A DNA stretch of 38,978 nucleotides, from NCBI GenBank assembly GCA_035269125.1, contig DATFJQ010000242.1:1-38978 (forward strand), in the 5' to 3' direction. A model generated the notes under the pieces. It was not told where the DNA came from. It did no database searches and worked only from the letters and a program-made list of their open reading frames with translations. Positions 26,678 through 37,303 of this stretch are shown here, piece after piece. Both the position numbers and the translations under genes were made by a program. Each line of letters starts with the position of its first letter. Position 1 is the first letter of the stretch. This DNA is from Roseovarius sp. Its GTDB lineage: Bacteria > Pseudomonadota > Alphaproteobacteria > Rhodobacterales > Rhodobacteraceae.

Positions 26678-27061
26678 TTATTCGGGGGTCCATGCCTCGT
26701 AGTCGCGACGCTCCACAGGAGCCTCGCGCCGGATCGAGCCTGCGGGCGCATAGGCCAAGGCCGTGCCCGTCAGGTTTTCCTCATGCTGTTTTTCCCATGG
26801 CTTGTGGGCCAAGGGTGTTTCCGAGGGCAGCTCATCAAAGGTGTGATGCAACCAGCCATGCCAATCCGGGCTGACGCGGCTTGCCTCGGCCTCGCCATTG
26901 AAAATCACCCAGCGGCGATCACCCTGACGCGAGCGGTAAAAAATATTGCCCTGCTCGTCTTCGCCGACTTTGACACCTTTGCGCCACGTATAAAGCTGCG
27001 TGTTGAGCGTTTGCCCATTCCACCACGTGACCGAACGAAGAAGCGTGTTGAGAATGCCCAT
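26678..27061 (-). CDS. NDUFA12-family complex I accessory subunit
   Basis: Start ATG 27061; [34 protein letters not shown]. Confidence 0.92.
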   Translation of the reverse strand: MGILNTLLRSVTWWNGQTLNTQLYTWRKGVKVGEDEQGNIFYRSRQGDRRWVIFNGEAEASRVSPDWHGWLHHTFDELPSETPLAHKPWEKQHEENLTGTALAYAPAGSIRREAPVERRDYEAWTPE

Positions 27062-27156
27062 TGGGAACCTCCGGTAAAACCTTGTTCCGATATGGCTTAA
27101 ATGTCGTTGAAGGTCCAGTGCCGGTTTGCGCTGAAACCCGATTACACCCGTTTGTG

Positions 27157-27190
27157 CAAACAAAAGGCCCGCCGAGAACGGCGGGCCTTT
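27157..27190 (-). terminator. Terminator after clpX
   Basis: AAAGGCCCGCCG-TTCT-CGGCGGGCCTTT-TGTTT. Confidence 0.8.
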
Positions 27191-27212
27191 GTGCATCGTT
27201 AACTGCAGACGT

Positions 27213-28475
27213 TTAGCTAGCGCTGGTGCCCTCTTTCTTCTGATCAGCATAAATGATCAGCGGAGCGGCATCCGAGGTTGCGGCCTCTTCATTGACAACC
27301 ACCTCTTCCACGCCCTCTTGGCCGGGCAAGTCGAACATGGTGTCCAGCAGGATATCTTCGAGGATTGACCGCAAACCACGCGCGCCTGTCTTACGCTCGA
27401 TCGCCCGTTTTGCGATGGCCAACAGGGCGTCATCGGTAAAGGTCAATTGCGCGTCTTCCAGTTCGAACAGGCGCTGATACTGCTTAACCAAGGCGTTCTT
27501 GGGCTGCGTGAGGATCGTCACCAACGCGTCTTCGTCCAGATCTTCTAGCGTTGCGATGACAGGCAAGCGGCCGACAAACTCGGGAATCAACCCGAATTTC
27601 AGTAAGTCCTCTGGTTCGAGATCGGTAAAGATTTCCCCGATTCCGCGCGCGTCATCGTCGCGGACATCCGCACCAAAGCCCATAGCGCTGCCTTTGCCGC
27701 GTTGCGCAATGATCCGGTCCAGACCAGCGAACGCACCGCCACAAATGAACAAGATATTCGTTGTATCCACCTGAAGGAATTCCTGTTGCGGATGCTTGCG
27801 TCCGCCTTGCGGCGGCACTGCGGCGACAGTGCCTTCCATCAGCTTGAGCAGAGCCTGTTGAACACCCTCGCCCGACACGTCACGAGTGATCGACGGGTTT
27901 TCGGATTTCCGCGTGATCTTGTCGACCTCGTCAATATAGACGATGCCGCGCTGTGCGCGTTCGACGTTGTATTCACTGGCTTGAAGCAGCTTGAGGATGA
28001 TGTTTTCAACATCTTCGCCCACATAGCCCGCTTCGGTCAGCGTGGTCGCATCCGCCATGGTAAATGGCACATCCAGAATGCGCGCCAACGTTTGCGCCAG
28101 CAAGGTCTTGCCGCAGCCCGTCGGACCGATCAGCAGGATATTCGACTTTTGCAGTTCGATATCGCTTTTGCCGGAATTGTTCAGACGTTTGTAGTGATTG
28201 TGAACCGCAACCGACAGCACGCGTTTGGCTGTGGCCTGTCCGATCACGTAATCGTCCAGAACATTGCAGATATCGCGCGGTGTTGGCACGCCTTCGCTGG
28301 ATTTCAGCCCGGCGCTTTTGGTTTCTTCGCGGATGATGTCCATGCACAGTTCGACGCATTCGTCGCAGATGAACACCGTGGGGCCCGCGATCAGCTTGCG
28401 CACCTCGTGCTGGCTTTTGCCGCAAAAGCTGCAGTAAAGGGTATTTTTGCTGTCGCTGCCATTGTTGTTCGACAT
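27213..28475 (-). CDS. clpX: ATP-dependent Clp protease ATPase
   Basis: CSFCGK..CDEC zinc domain; GPTGCGKT; YIDEVDK; MGF loop; start ATG 28475. Confidence 0.97.
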   Translation of the reverse strand: MSNNNGSDSKNTLYCSFCGKSQHEVRKLIAGPTVFICDECVELCMDIIREETKSAGLKSSEGVPTPRDICNVLDDYVIGQATAKRVLSVAVHNHYKRLNNSGKSDIELQKSNILLIGPTGCGKTLLAQTLARILDVPFTMADATTLTEAGYVGEDVENIILKLLQASEYNVERAQRGIVYIDEVDKITRKSENPSITRDVSGEGVQQALLKLMEGTVAAVPPQGGRKHPQQEFLQVDTTNILFICGGAFAGLDRIIAQRGKGSAMGFGADVRDDDARGIGEIFTDLEPEDLLKFGLIPEFVGRLPVIATLEDLDEDALVTILTQPKNALVKQYQRLFELEDAQLTFTDDALLAIAKRAIERKTGARGLRSILEDILLDTMFDLPGQEGVEEVVVNEEAATSDAAPLIIYADQKKEGTSAS

Positions 28476-28619
28476 TCCGTACCTTTCGGGCGGTGCCCAG
28501 CAATTGATCGACGATCCAGTTGTCGATCTCATGGTCGTTTGGAGCCAGCTTAAGACAGGTGATACGTCACCACAATGTCAAAATAGACACCGCGGGTTTA
28601 GCCGCGGTGCGCTGGCCCA

Positions 28620-29252
28620 TCAGCTTTTGTCGTCTTCAGTTTTCGCGCGGTTCTCGACGATTTCGTCAATCAGGCCCCAGTCTTTGGCGTCTTCCGGTGA
28701 CATGAAATTATCACGCTCCAACGCCTCTTCGACCTTTTTGAGCGTTTGGCCCGTATGGCGGACATAGATTTCATTCAACCGGCGCTTCAACTTCAAGGTT
28801 TCTTCAGCGTGGATCATGATATCGGTGGCCTGCCCCTGATACCCGCCGGATGGCTGGTGGACCATGATTCGGCTATTGGGCAAGGAAAAGCGCATCCCCT
28901 TTTCACCGGCCGTCAGCAACAGCGAGCCCATCGAAGCAGCCTGCCCAATGACCAGCGTGCTGACCTTTGGCTTGATGTACTGCATCGTGTCATAAATCGA
29001 CAGGCCGCTGGTGACGACACCACCGGGGCTGTTGATGTACATGCTGATCTCCTTGCTGGGGTTTTCAGCTTCTAGGTGCAGCAACTGCGCCACGATCAGG
29101 CTTGACATGCCGTCATGCACAGGTCCGTTCACAAAGATGATCCGCTCCTTCAGCAGGCGCGAGAAAATGTCATAGGCGCGCTCGCCCCGACTGGTCTGCT
29201 CGACCACCATCGGGACAAGGGTATTCATATAAGTCTCATAAGGGTCTGTCAT
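28620..29252 (-). CDS. clpP: Clp protease proteolytic subunit
   Basis: YINSPGG; GQAASMGS; MVHQP; ERDNFM. Confidence 0.97.
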   Translation of the reverse strand: MTDPYETYMNTLVPMVVEQTSRGERAYDIFSRLLKERIIFVNGPVHDGMSSLIVAQLLHLEAENPSKEISMYINSPGGVVTSGLSIYDTMQYIKPKVSTLVIGQAASMGSLLLTAGEKGMRFSLPNSRIMVHQPSGGYQGQATDIMIHAEETLKLKRRLNEIYVRHTGQTLKKVEEALERDNFMSPEDAKDWGLIDEIVENRAKTEDDKS

Positions 29253-29404
29253 GTTCGCCTGCCTATTGGGGATGTTTCGGTATTTACCGCTCAGATGCTA
29301 ACGGAGTCTTAGTCTTGAGCCCCGACCCCTGCAAGGGGCAGACGTATTGTTTTAGTCTTAACCCCGCCCTTGAAGGGGCCGCCGCCCGGCCTAAGCTTGG
29401 GCGC

Positions 29405-30622
29405 ATGAAAGATACAATCAGTCCTTCCCCGGCCACGCGAACAGCGGCACTGGAACAGCTTCAAACCTTCGTTCCCAAAGCGGGCAGCGATTACGCGCGC
29501 CTGCGCAACTACGATTTGGGACCGGGCGGGCATGTTCATGTGTCCACTCTATCGCCCTACCTGCGCCACCGCCTTATCACCGAGGAAGAGGTTTTGCGCA
29601 GTGTCTTGACCCGCCATTCAGCCAGTGCCGCCGAAAAGTTCATCCAAGAGGTGTTCTGGCGCAGTTATTGGAAAGGCTGGCTTGAGATGCGCCCTCAAGT
29701 CTGGACTGATTACCAAAACGGGCTGCACGCCGCGATTAACCGCGCCCAAGCGGAATCCGGGTTGCGACAGCGCTGGTCGGATGCGTGTCATGGCCAGACC
29801 GGAATCACCGCATTCGATCACTGGGCGCAAGAGTTGATACAAACGGGTTACCTGCACAATCACGCGCGCATGTGGTTCGCCTCGATCTGGATCTTCACGC
29901 TACAACTGCCGTGGCAATTGGGGGCCGACTTTTTCCTGCGCCATCTGTTGGATGGCGATCCGGCCTCAAACACCTTGGGCTGGCGGTGGGTGGCGGGCCT
30001 GCAAACCAAAGGCAAAACCTATCTGGCCCGGCCTGACAACATCGCGAAATACACCGAGCGACGGTTTCAGCCCTCGGGGCTTGCCACACATGCCCCGCCC
30101 CTACCCGGCCCCGATCACCCGCCACGCCGCCCCCTGCCGGAACCAATCCTTTGGTCCGCAAATAAACGCACGGGGCTTTTGCTTCACGAAGATGATCCCA
30201 GCCCCGGCTTTCTGTTCGACGCGGGCCTGTCGCCTGTCTCAATGGCCTGTCTGCAAACGTCGGCGCAACGCTCACCTTTGGCGGTGTCGGATTTGGTACA
30301 CGCTTTCGCGCGCGACGCGCTGACCGACGCAGCAAACCGTTGGCAATCGCGCAGCGGCGCAAACGGCGGACGGCATGAAAGTGTGGCCCCACTGGTCACT
30401 TGGGCGCGCTCCAGCGGGCTTGAGCAAATCGTGACCCCCTACGCCCCGACAGGCCCCACAGCCGAAGCCTTGGCTGACCTAGAGGCAGAATTGAACCAGC
30501 ACAACATCGCGTTGATCCCCATCATGCGGGATTATGACGCTCGCGCATGGCCTCATGCCACGCACGGGTTTTTCCGGTTCAAGGAACATATTCCACAGCT
30601 TTTGGCAGCTATGGGCCTGTAG
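29405..30622 (+). CDS. Photolyase with N-terminal FAD-binding domain (NewPHL-like)
   Basis: From ATG 29405 (405 aa): LSPYLRH, FIQEVFWRSYW, GYLHNHARMWFAS, LLDGDPASNTLGWRWVAG all in the N-terminal half; no N-terminal antenna domain; extra C-terminal domain. Confidence 0.85.
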   Translation: MKDTISPSPATRTAALEQLQTFVPKAGSDYARLRNYDLGPGGHVHVSTLSPYLRHRLITEEEVLRSVLTRHSASAAEKFIQEVFWRSYWKGWLEMRPQVWTDYQNGLHAAINRAQAESGLRQRWSDACHGQTGITAFDHWAQELIQTGYLHNHARMWFASIWIFTLQLPWQLGADFFLRHLLDGDPASNTLGWRWVAGLQTKGKTYLARPDNIAKYTERRFQPSGLATHAPPLPGPDHPPRRPLPEPILWSANKRTGLLLHEDDPSPGFLFDAGLSPVSMACLQTSAQRSPLAVSDLVHAFARDALTDAANRWQSRSGANGGRHESVAPLVTWARSSGLEQIVTPYAPTGPTAEALADLEAELNQHNIALIPIMRDYDARAWPHATHGFFRFKEHIPQLLAAMGL

Positions 30623-30630
30623 GCCCGCCT

Positions 30631-32511
30631 TCAGCGCCCGTCATAGCCTTTTTTCTGCGCCTGATAGAGCCGGGCATAAAGACCGTCCTGCGCCAGCAGA
30701 TCGGCATGACGGCCATCTTCCACCAAAGCGCCCGCTTCCAACACGAATATCCGGTCCGCATCCGCGATAGACGACAATCGGTGCGCCACGACAATCGTCG
30801 TGCGGCCTTTGGTCAAACGCTCCAACGCCGATTTGATCCGCTCTTCAGTGGCCTGATCCAAGGCGCTGGTCGCCTCGTCCAGCAACAAAATCGGCGCGTC
30901 ACGCAAAAAGGCGCGCGCAATTGCGATACGTTGCTTTTGCCCGCCGGACAGCTGCGCGCCCTTTGGTCCGACCGTGGCACCGCCGCGCGCACGGATCAAA
31001 TCAGCAATTTCTGCCGCCTCTGCCGCGCGCCAAACGTCTTCATCGCTGGCCTCGGGTTTGACGTAGCGAATGTTTTCCCAGATCGAATTGTTGAAAATCA
31101 CGATGTCCTGCGCAACGACCGAAAAACTCTCACGCAAGGTTTTGACCTTCAGGTCGCGGATAGATTGCCCGGCAATCGTAACCTTGCCCCCCTGCACGTC
31201 GTAAAGCCGCGACAGCAGCGACAATATCGTCGTTTTCCCCGATCCGGTGGCCCCGACGATAGCCGACATCTTGCCACCCTCGAATTTCATATCAAGGTCC
31301 CGGAATAACGGTTGATCGGCACTGTATGAGAACCGCACATCGCGCAGTTCGATATCGCCGGCAACATCAAATTCCTCAACAGCGCCAGGTACGTCCTGAA
31401 TCGAAGGAACTTCATCATAGATGCTGCGAATCCGGTCAAGCACAACCAGTTGCGATTGTAACTGACCAAAGAACTGGGCCAACAATCGCGCCGGATCAAA
31501 GACCATCACCATCCCCAAAAGGAACGTGATGATACCGGCCCCATCGACATCGTAATCAGGGCTGAGCACCATGTACCCACCGCCCCCGATCACCAGCACA
31601 TAGACGAATGCCGAACTCAGATCGATCGACGGCATCACCAAGGCTTGCGTAACCTGTAGCCGTGCCGTGATATCGCGCAGGTGGCGGGTGCCCGCCTTCA
31701 GGCGCCCCGCCTCCATGTCTTCTTGGCTGGCAATTTTGACCGTGCGCATGCCGTTCACGGTTTCCTCAATGCCGTTCATATACTCGGCCATAGCGTGTTC
31801 GACTTGGCCTTGCGTCGCTTTGACCTTGTCAGACACATAGTTCATCATCCAAATAATGAACGGCAAGACGACAACAGCCGAGGCAAACAGGATCGGGTTT
31901 TTCCAAATCAAATAGCCCGATACGATCAACACCGTCACAGCGTCGCGCACAGCGTTGGCCAGCTGCACCCCGACAAAGCCGCCGATGGCTTGCGTCTGAC
32001 CCACCAACCGTTGCAAAATCTGGCCCGAGCGTGTGCGCTCGAAATAGGCCAGATCCAACGCCATCAAATGATCAATCATATCGCTGCGCATATCGTGCAC
32101 GGCGGCATTGCTGACCCGGATCGCCACGATCGGCACCAAAAACGACATCAACCCGCGCAAGGCGAACAGCCCGAACACAACAATGCAGACAATGACCAGA
32201 TCACGCACCGCACCCGATTCAAAAATAACCCGCAGGCCGCTTTCGGTCATTGCCAAAAACTGTTGATAAACAAGCCCCTGCACCAAGATCATCAGCAAGA
32301 TCACAAGCAGCCACTTGACCCGATGGCGAAGGTAACGTCCCCAGAACCAACGCAGGTTCTCGCGATCGCGGATTGAAAACAGAGGGCCTTTCACATGCGC
32401 CGCAGTTTCATACCCGGCGGGGATATCCGATGTGGCCACATCCGCGGGAGTGCTGGTTGTCTGTTCCGCAGCCTGCTCCGTCTCGGGCGTCTGTTTGGTC
32501 TTGTCGCTCAT
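30631..32511 (-). CDS. MsbA-like ABC exporter (TMD+NBD)
   Basis: Multi-TM domain; GATGSGKT; LSGGQ; LLLDEATSALD; AHRLS. Confidence 0.9.
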   Translation of the reverse strand: MSDKTKQTPETEQAAEQTTSTPADVATSDIPAGYETAAHVKGPLFSIRDRENLRWFWGRYLRHRVKWLLVILLMILVQGLVYQQFLAMTESGLRVIFESGAVRDLVIVCIVVFGLFALRGLMSFLVPIVAIRVSNAAVHDMRSDMIDHLMALDLAYFERTRSGQILQRLVGQTQAIGGFVGVQLANAVRDAVTVLIVSGYLIWKNPILFASAVVVLPFIIWMMNYVSDKVKATQGQVEHAMAEYMNGIEETVNGMRTVKIASQEDMEAGRLKAGTRHLRDITARLQVTQALVMPSIDLSSAFVYVLVIGGGGYMVLSPDYDVDGAGIITFLLGMVMVFDPARLLAQFFGQLQSQLVVLDRIRSIYDEVPSIQDVPGAVEEFDVAGDIELRDVRFSYSADQPLFRDLDMKFEGGKMSAIVGATGSGKTTILSLLSRLYDVQGGKVTIAGQSIRDLKVKTLRESFSVVAQDIVIFNNSIWENIRYVKPEASDEDVWRAAEAAEIADLIRARGGATVGPKGAQLSGGQKQRIAIARAFLRDAPILLLDEATSALDQATEERIKSALERLTKGRTTIVVAHRLSSIADADRIFVLEAGALVEDGRHADLLAQDGLYARLYQAQKKGYDGR

Positions 32512-32634
32512 GCGCTTCGGGCGCTCCTGTTTAACCACTCCGGGCCGCTATACGCGCTTTGCCGATAAAGGTCAGCCCCCAGTGTGCGCCGGGTCCAGCA
32601 TGAATGCACGATCCAACACCAAGCGGGCCAAAGA

Positions 32635-32663
32635 CAAACCCCCAGCAAAATGCCGGGGGTTTG
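32635..32663 (-). terminator. Terminator-like hairpin after soxF
   Basis: CAAACCCCCGGCA-TTT-TGCTGGGGGTTTG-TCTTT. Confidence 0.7.
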
Positions 32664-32687
32664 AACACGAGCATAGGCTGGTTAACT

Positions 32688-33950
32688 TTACCCAAACATG
32701 TCCTCGGTGATCCCCGCATACCATCCCAGAGATTCCTCATAGGTGGCTTTGCGCAGGGCCTCATCCTCACCGGTCTGGCTTATGAAGCCATCAACCTTTG
32801 CGATCTTTTCATCTGTCGCCTGATAGGATGCGCCCACTTTGACGCCATCATCGGTATCGATCAAACTCCAACAGGTGTTGGAAAACTTCGCCGGGAACAC
32901 CCGCGACCCTGTCAGCGCGCCCCGGATGGCCATCGCGGCAACCTTGGCCTGACTATTGGCCGAGTAGCCCGATTTAGGCATGTCGCCTTGATTGGTGGAA
33001 TCGCCCAGCACGTGAATATTTTCATCCATCCGGCTTTGCATGGTCGCGGGCACCACGGGCGCCCAATTGCCCTCGGTAATACCGGCCATATCGCAGATAC
33101 GACCCGCTTTTTGCGCCGCGATGACGTTGCACACGTCCACGTTTTCCACCGCCCCATCGATATCAAGCGTCATTTCGTCGGGGTTGACGCTGACATTGCC
33201 GCCACCGAAATCCGGGCCGATCCAGTCGATCATGCCGCCATAATGTTTTTGCCACCCCTCTTGGAACAACGCCATTTTCGAGAATTTCGCCTTGGGATCG
33301 GCGATCAGGATCTTGGCTGTCGGGTTGATCTCTTTCAGCAGGTGCGCAACCATGCTGACCCGCTCATAGGGGCCCGGCGGGCAGCGATAGGGATTGGGCG
33401 GTGCGACCATGGCATAAAGCCCGCCCTCGGGCATCGCCTCGATCTGGGCTTTCAGAAGTTCGGTTTGGCTGCCGGCCTTGTAGGCATGTGGCATCTTGTT
33501 TTGCGCAGCAACACTCCAGCCCGGCACGGCATCTTCGACGAAATCGATACCCGGGCTCAGGATCAGCCGATCATAGGGCAGCACAGCACCGCCTGCCAAG
33601 GTCACGGTCTTGGCATCCCGGTCGATTCCCACCGCCCAATCATGCACCACGTTCACACCATAATCGCTGGCCAAAGTGCCATAGCTATGGCCGATCGAAC
33701 TCAGATCGCGGAAGCCACCGATATAAAGGTTCGAGAAAAAGCAGGTGTAGTAAGCACGGGTCGGCTCGACCAGCGTCACATCAATCGCGCCATCGCTGTC
33801 CTTGGCGAGATAACGCGCAGCCGTCGCGCCACCGGCACCGCCGCCGACGACCACGACACGCGGCTTGCCTTGTGCGCCAAGCCTCGGTGCCGATAGCATG
33901 GCGGCCGCAGCGGCCCCTGTGCCGATAAAGGCTCTTCTGTTCAATGTCAT
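32688..33950 (-). CDS. soxF: Sulfide dehydrogenase flavoprotein (FCSD-type)
   Basis: Tat NRRAFIG; VVVVGGGAGG; YYTC; RCPPGPYER; MPKSGYSA; NTCWS. Confidence 0.93.
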   Translation of the reverse strand: MTLNRRAFIGTGAAAAAMLSAPRLGAQGKPRVVVVGGGAGGATAARYLAKDSDGAIDVTLVEPTRAYYTCFFSNLYIGGFRDLSSIGHSYGTLASDYGVNVVHDWAVGIDRDAKTVTLAGGAVLPYDRLILSPGIDFVEDAVPGWSVAAQNKMPHAYKAGSQTELLKAQIEAMPEGGLYAMVAPPNPYRCPPGPYERVSMVAHLLKEINPTAKILIADPKAKFSKMALFQEGWQKHYGGMIDWIGPDFGGGNVSVNPDEMTLDIDGAVENVDVCNVIAAQKAGRICDMAGITEGNWAPVVPATMQSRMDENIHVLGDSTNQGDMPKSGYSANSQAKVAAMAIRGALTGSRVFPAKFSNTCWSLIDTDDGVKVGASYQATDEKIAKVDGFISQTGEDEALRKATYEESLGWYAGITEDMFG

Positions 33951-33989
33951 GTTAGTCTCCTCCCTTAAAAACGCCCGGTTGGTCCGGGG

Positions 33990-34694
33990 CTACTCAATCT
34001 CTGCGAAATACGCAGCCAATGCCGCGATTTCCTCGTCGCTCAACCGTCCGGCCATCATTTGCATGACAGGGTGCGGCCTGAGTTTGCGTTTATAAGCGTG
34101 CATTGCGACGACAAAGTCGTCTTCGGGCCAGTTGGTAATCGACGGAATACCCTCGTCGTTTCCATCGGCCTGATGACATATCTTACACTCGCTAGACAGA
34201 TATTCGCCGTAGGCAGGATCGCCCACCATTGCCAAGATTTCATCCGGCAGGTCCACCTCGGGCGGCAACGCGGTTGGGTCGGCTTCGGGTATGTTCTGCG
34301 GGTTGTCCGAATAGACCCTGAGATATGCCAGAACATCCGCACGGTCCTGCGGTTTCTTGATCCCGCGAAAGCTCATGCGCGTGCCGCTAACCAAGGCCTT
34401 GGGGTTTTCTATATAGGCGTCGAGCGTATCAAGATGCCATTCCAGCCCGTCATTCCCGGCCCGTTTCAAGCCCTTGGAATACCTGTAATCATCTCCGACC
34501 GATCCGGCCCTGCGGCCGAAAATCCGGTTCAGATGTGGCCCAATGCCGTTTTCGGCGCCGCGCCCAACCTCATGGCAGCCCGAGCATTGGTTGAACACCT
34601 CTTTGCCGCGCTCTGCGTCGCCGATCTCTTCCGCTATAACCGGCCACCCGATCACGGCCAATATACATGCAAAAAACAAGCGCGATGTCTTCAT
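33990..34694 (-). CDS. soxE: Dihaem cytochrome c
   Basis: Signal peptide; CSGCH and CKICH; position between soxD and soxF; GGAGGAGG RBS before ATG 34694. Confidence 0.88.
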   Translation of the reverse strand: MKTSRLFFACILAVIGWPVIAEEIGDAERGKEVFNQCSGCHEVGRGAENGIGPHLNRIFGRRAGSVGDDYRYSKGLKRAGNDGLEWHLDTLDAYIENPKALVSGTRMSFRGIKKPQDRADVLAYLRVYSDNPQNIPEADPTALPPEVDLPDEILAMVGDPAYGEYLSSECKICHQADGNDEGIPSITNWPEDDFVVAMHAYKRKLRPHPVMQMMAGRLSDEEIAALAAYFAEIE

Positions 34695-34750
34695 TGGGCC
34701 TCCTCCCAAAGGGTCCAATAACAGACTACGCCAACTTGCCGGATAAAGGC

Positions 34751-34784
34751 AAAGAAAACAGGGCCACCCAACCGGGCAGCCCTG
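34751..34784 (-). terminator. Intra-operon terminator between soxD and soxE
   Basis: CAGGGCTGCCC-GGTT-GGGTGGCCCTG-TTTTCTTT. Confidence 0.75.
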
Positions 34785-34813
34785 CGAATTTTTTCAATCG
34801 ATAGACCAACAGC

Positions 34814-36013
34814 TTATTGCGAGAAGGATTTCAGATATTCCGTGACTGCGGCGATATCTTCATCTTTGCGCAGACCGGCGAAAGACATTTTGGTGCCTTT
34901 GATGTAACCGCGCGGATCGGCCATGAATTCGGCCATGGTTTCCTCGTTCCAGACCATGCCGTCGGCGCCCATCTGTTCCAAAGTCTTGGAATAACGGAAG
35001 CCGTCAACGGCGGCCATCTCGCGCCCCATCACACCGTTCAACTGCGGGCCGACGCGATTTTGCGCGCCCTCGCCCACTTGGTGACAGGCCTTGCACTGGC
35101 GGAACACGTTTTCACCGTCTTCGACCAACGCCATATCCAGCGCAGCGGTTTCGGCAGCAGGTTCTGCCTCGGTTTCAGCGGCGGCCATTTGCTCGATTTC
35201 TTCATCGGCAGCGGAACCCGCATTCGCGTCTTCCATGATTTCTTCCGCCTCGGCTTCACCCTCTTCCTCGGGGGTCACATCCAGAACGGCGGCACGCATG
35301 GTGATTTCCACGCTGTCTTTGCAGTTCTCCATGCAAGCCGGCTCGCTGAAGCGCGGATATTCAGTTTCCGCGCGATCGTCGACGATAAAGCCGTCGGCAT
35401 TCGGCATTTCGACCTCAAGGAAGTTTTCATTCGACAACACGAAGTCGTCTTCCACGATGAAGTTCGAATACAGAATATAGGCGACCATCGCATAGGTGTC
35501 ATCCGCCGACAGGGTCTGAGCCGCGCCAAACGGCATTGACCGATGGATGTAATCCCAAGCCGTAGAGAGGTAGGGCCAATACGACCCCACGGTCTTCAAC
35601 GGATCTTCATCCGCCAATGTTCCGTCACCACCGGCCAGCTTGGGCCAGTTGCCAACGCCTTCGGCAAAATCGCCGTGGCATACGGCACATTGCGCGATGA
35701 ACACCTCTTCACCCTCGGCAACCGATCCCGAGCCGACGGGCAAACCGGTGCCATCCGGGGCCACGTCCAGATCCCAAGCGGCGACTTCCTCGGCCAAGGC
35801 TTCACGGCCAAGACCCATGCGCTTGGCATCTGCTGCGGCCTCGGCTCGCGCGGAGGCGATGAACATCATGTCCGGCGATCCCGAGTCCGCAGCCAAAATT
35901 GGCGCGTCGGATGGCATGGGCGCGATAGTGCGGTCGGCAAAGTTATAGGCTGCCGTCAGCACCGCAATCGCGCTCACCCCAGTGAGACCATAAAGTTTAA
36001 GAGACTTCGACAT
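34814..36013 (-). CDS. soxD: Sulfane dehydrogenase dihaem cytochrome subunit
   Basis: GLGREAL..AWD; CAVCH; TVGSYWPY; CKACH; 17-bp overlap with soxC. Confidence 0.93.
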   Translation of the reverse strand: MSKSLKLYGLTGVSAIAVLTAAYNFADRTIAPMPSDAPILAADSGSPDMMFIASARAEAAADAKRMGLGREALAEEVAAWDLDVAPDGTGLPVGSGSVAEGEEVFIAQCAVCHGDFAEGVGNWPKLAGGDGTLADEDPLKTVGSYWPYLSTAWDYIHRSMPFGAAQTLSADDTYAMVAYILYSNFIVEDDFVLSNENFLEVEMPNADGFIVDDRAETEYPRFSEPACMENCKDSVEITMRAAVLDVTPEEEGEAEAEEIMEDANAGSAADEEIEQMAAAETEAEPAAETAALDMALVEDGENVFRQCKACHQVGEGAQNRVGPQLNGVMGREMAAVDGFRYSKTLEQMGADGMVWNEETMAEFMADPRGYIKGTKMSFAGLRKDEDIAAVTEYLKSFSQ

Positions 36014-37280
36014 TCTCTGCCTCCCCGTTTTCCTTCACCCACCAAGTCTGGATGCAATTGTTGTGATAGATCGAGTTTTCGCCGCGCACGTCGCGCAACG
36101 CATCCTTGCTGGGTTGGACATAGCCGGTCTCGTCATGAGCGCGCGACTGCAACAGCATCTCGCTGCCGTCCCAGTCGATGTCCAGATAGAACCGCGACAG
36201 CGCCTTGGATTGCCCTTCGGCGGCGAGTCGGGCCTGTTGCCAGTTCTTGCCGCCGTCGGTGGACACGTCCACACGGGTAATCGCGCCGTGACCGGACCAT
36301 GCCAAGCCGGTGATGACCAGCGGACCGGGGCCGTGTTTGATGGGCGATTGCGGGCTGGGGGTGGTGACGACCGATTTGGCATCCATGACCCATGTCCACT
36401 TGCGGCTGGTGCCATCTTCCAACGTATCGGTGTATTTCGAGGTTTCCTCGCGGCTTTCGATCGCCTGATCGGTCACTTCGACGCGGCGCAACCACTTGAC
36501 CCACATGTTGCCTTCCCAACCGGGAACGACCAGACGCACCGGGTATCCATGCTCTTTGCGCAGCGCCTCGCCATTGGCCTTGAACGCCACCAGAACATCG
36601 TCCAGCGCCTTTTCCATCGGGATCGAGCGCCCGTTCGAGGACGCATCCGCGCCTTCAACATACACCCACTTGTCTGACAGATCACCGGTGCTTTCCAAGC
36701 CCGCTTCGGTCAGAAGCGTGCGCAGGGAGACACCCGAATATTCCATGTTGTGGATCATACCATGGGTAAATTGCGCACCGTTCAGCTGCGCACCGGCCCA
36801 CTCCATGCCCGTGTTTGCCGCGCATTCACAGAAATACACGTGGTTTTCACGCGGGAAACGTTCCAGATCTTCGTAGGTAAAGATCAGCGGCTTATCGACC
36901 AGACCGTTGATCATCAGGCGGTAATCTTCTTTCTTCAGCTCAATCGCGCCCGAGTGGTGGCGCTCAAAGGCGCACCCCTGCGGAGTGATCGTGCCATCCA
37001 GCGCGTGGATCGGCGTGAAGTTGATCGAGCTGATCGTGTCTGCTGTCAGCCACTCCACGTTGCGACGGATCACGTCGCTTTCAAACTCAATCGGCATGCC
37101 GTAGGGCGTCGCATCAACCCCTTCGCCAAGCCCACTGGCCCAATGCTGAACTTCGGTGATCAATGGATCGGGCTCGGCGGCGCGGGCCATACCTGCCCCG
37201 GCCACAGCCCCCCCTGCCGCAACGGCGCCCTTCAGGAACGCGCGGCGCGAGGCCCCTTTATTTTCATTGTCGGCTGTCAT
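35997..37280 (-). CDS. soxC: Sulfane dehydrogenase molybdoprotein
   Basis: Tat SRRAFLK; FERHH; CECAAN; GYPVRLVVPGWEG..VKWL; YHNN. Confidence 0.95.
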   Translation of the reverse strand: MTADNENKGASRRAFLKGAVAAGGAVAGAGMARAAEPDPLITEVQHWASGLGEGVDATPYGMPIEFESDVIRRNVEWLTADTISSINFTPIHALDGTITPQGCAFERHHSGAIELKKEDYRLMINGLVDKPLIFTYEDLERFPRENHVYFCECAANTGMEWAGAQLNGAQFTHGMIHNMEYSGVSLRTLLTEAGLESTGDLSDKWVYVEGADASSNGRSIPMEKALDDVLVAFKANGEALRKEHGYPVRLVVPGWEGNMWVKWLRRVEVTDQAIESREETSKYTDTLEDGTSRKWTWVMDAKSVVTTPSPQSPIKHGPGPLVITGLAWSGHGAITRVDVSTDGGKNWQQARLAAEGQSKALSRFYLDIDWDGSEMLLQSRAHDETGYVQPSKDALRDVRGENSIYHNNCIQTWWVKENGEAENVEVS

Positions 37281-37303
37281 TTGTCCTAAGCCTCCTCTTA
37301 TAA

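Noticed and set aside
32604-33896. 430-aa plus-strand ORF
   Set aside because: Antisense shadow of soxF.
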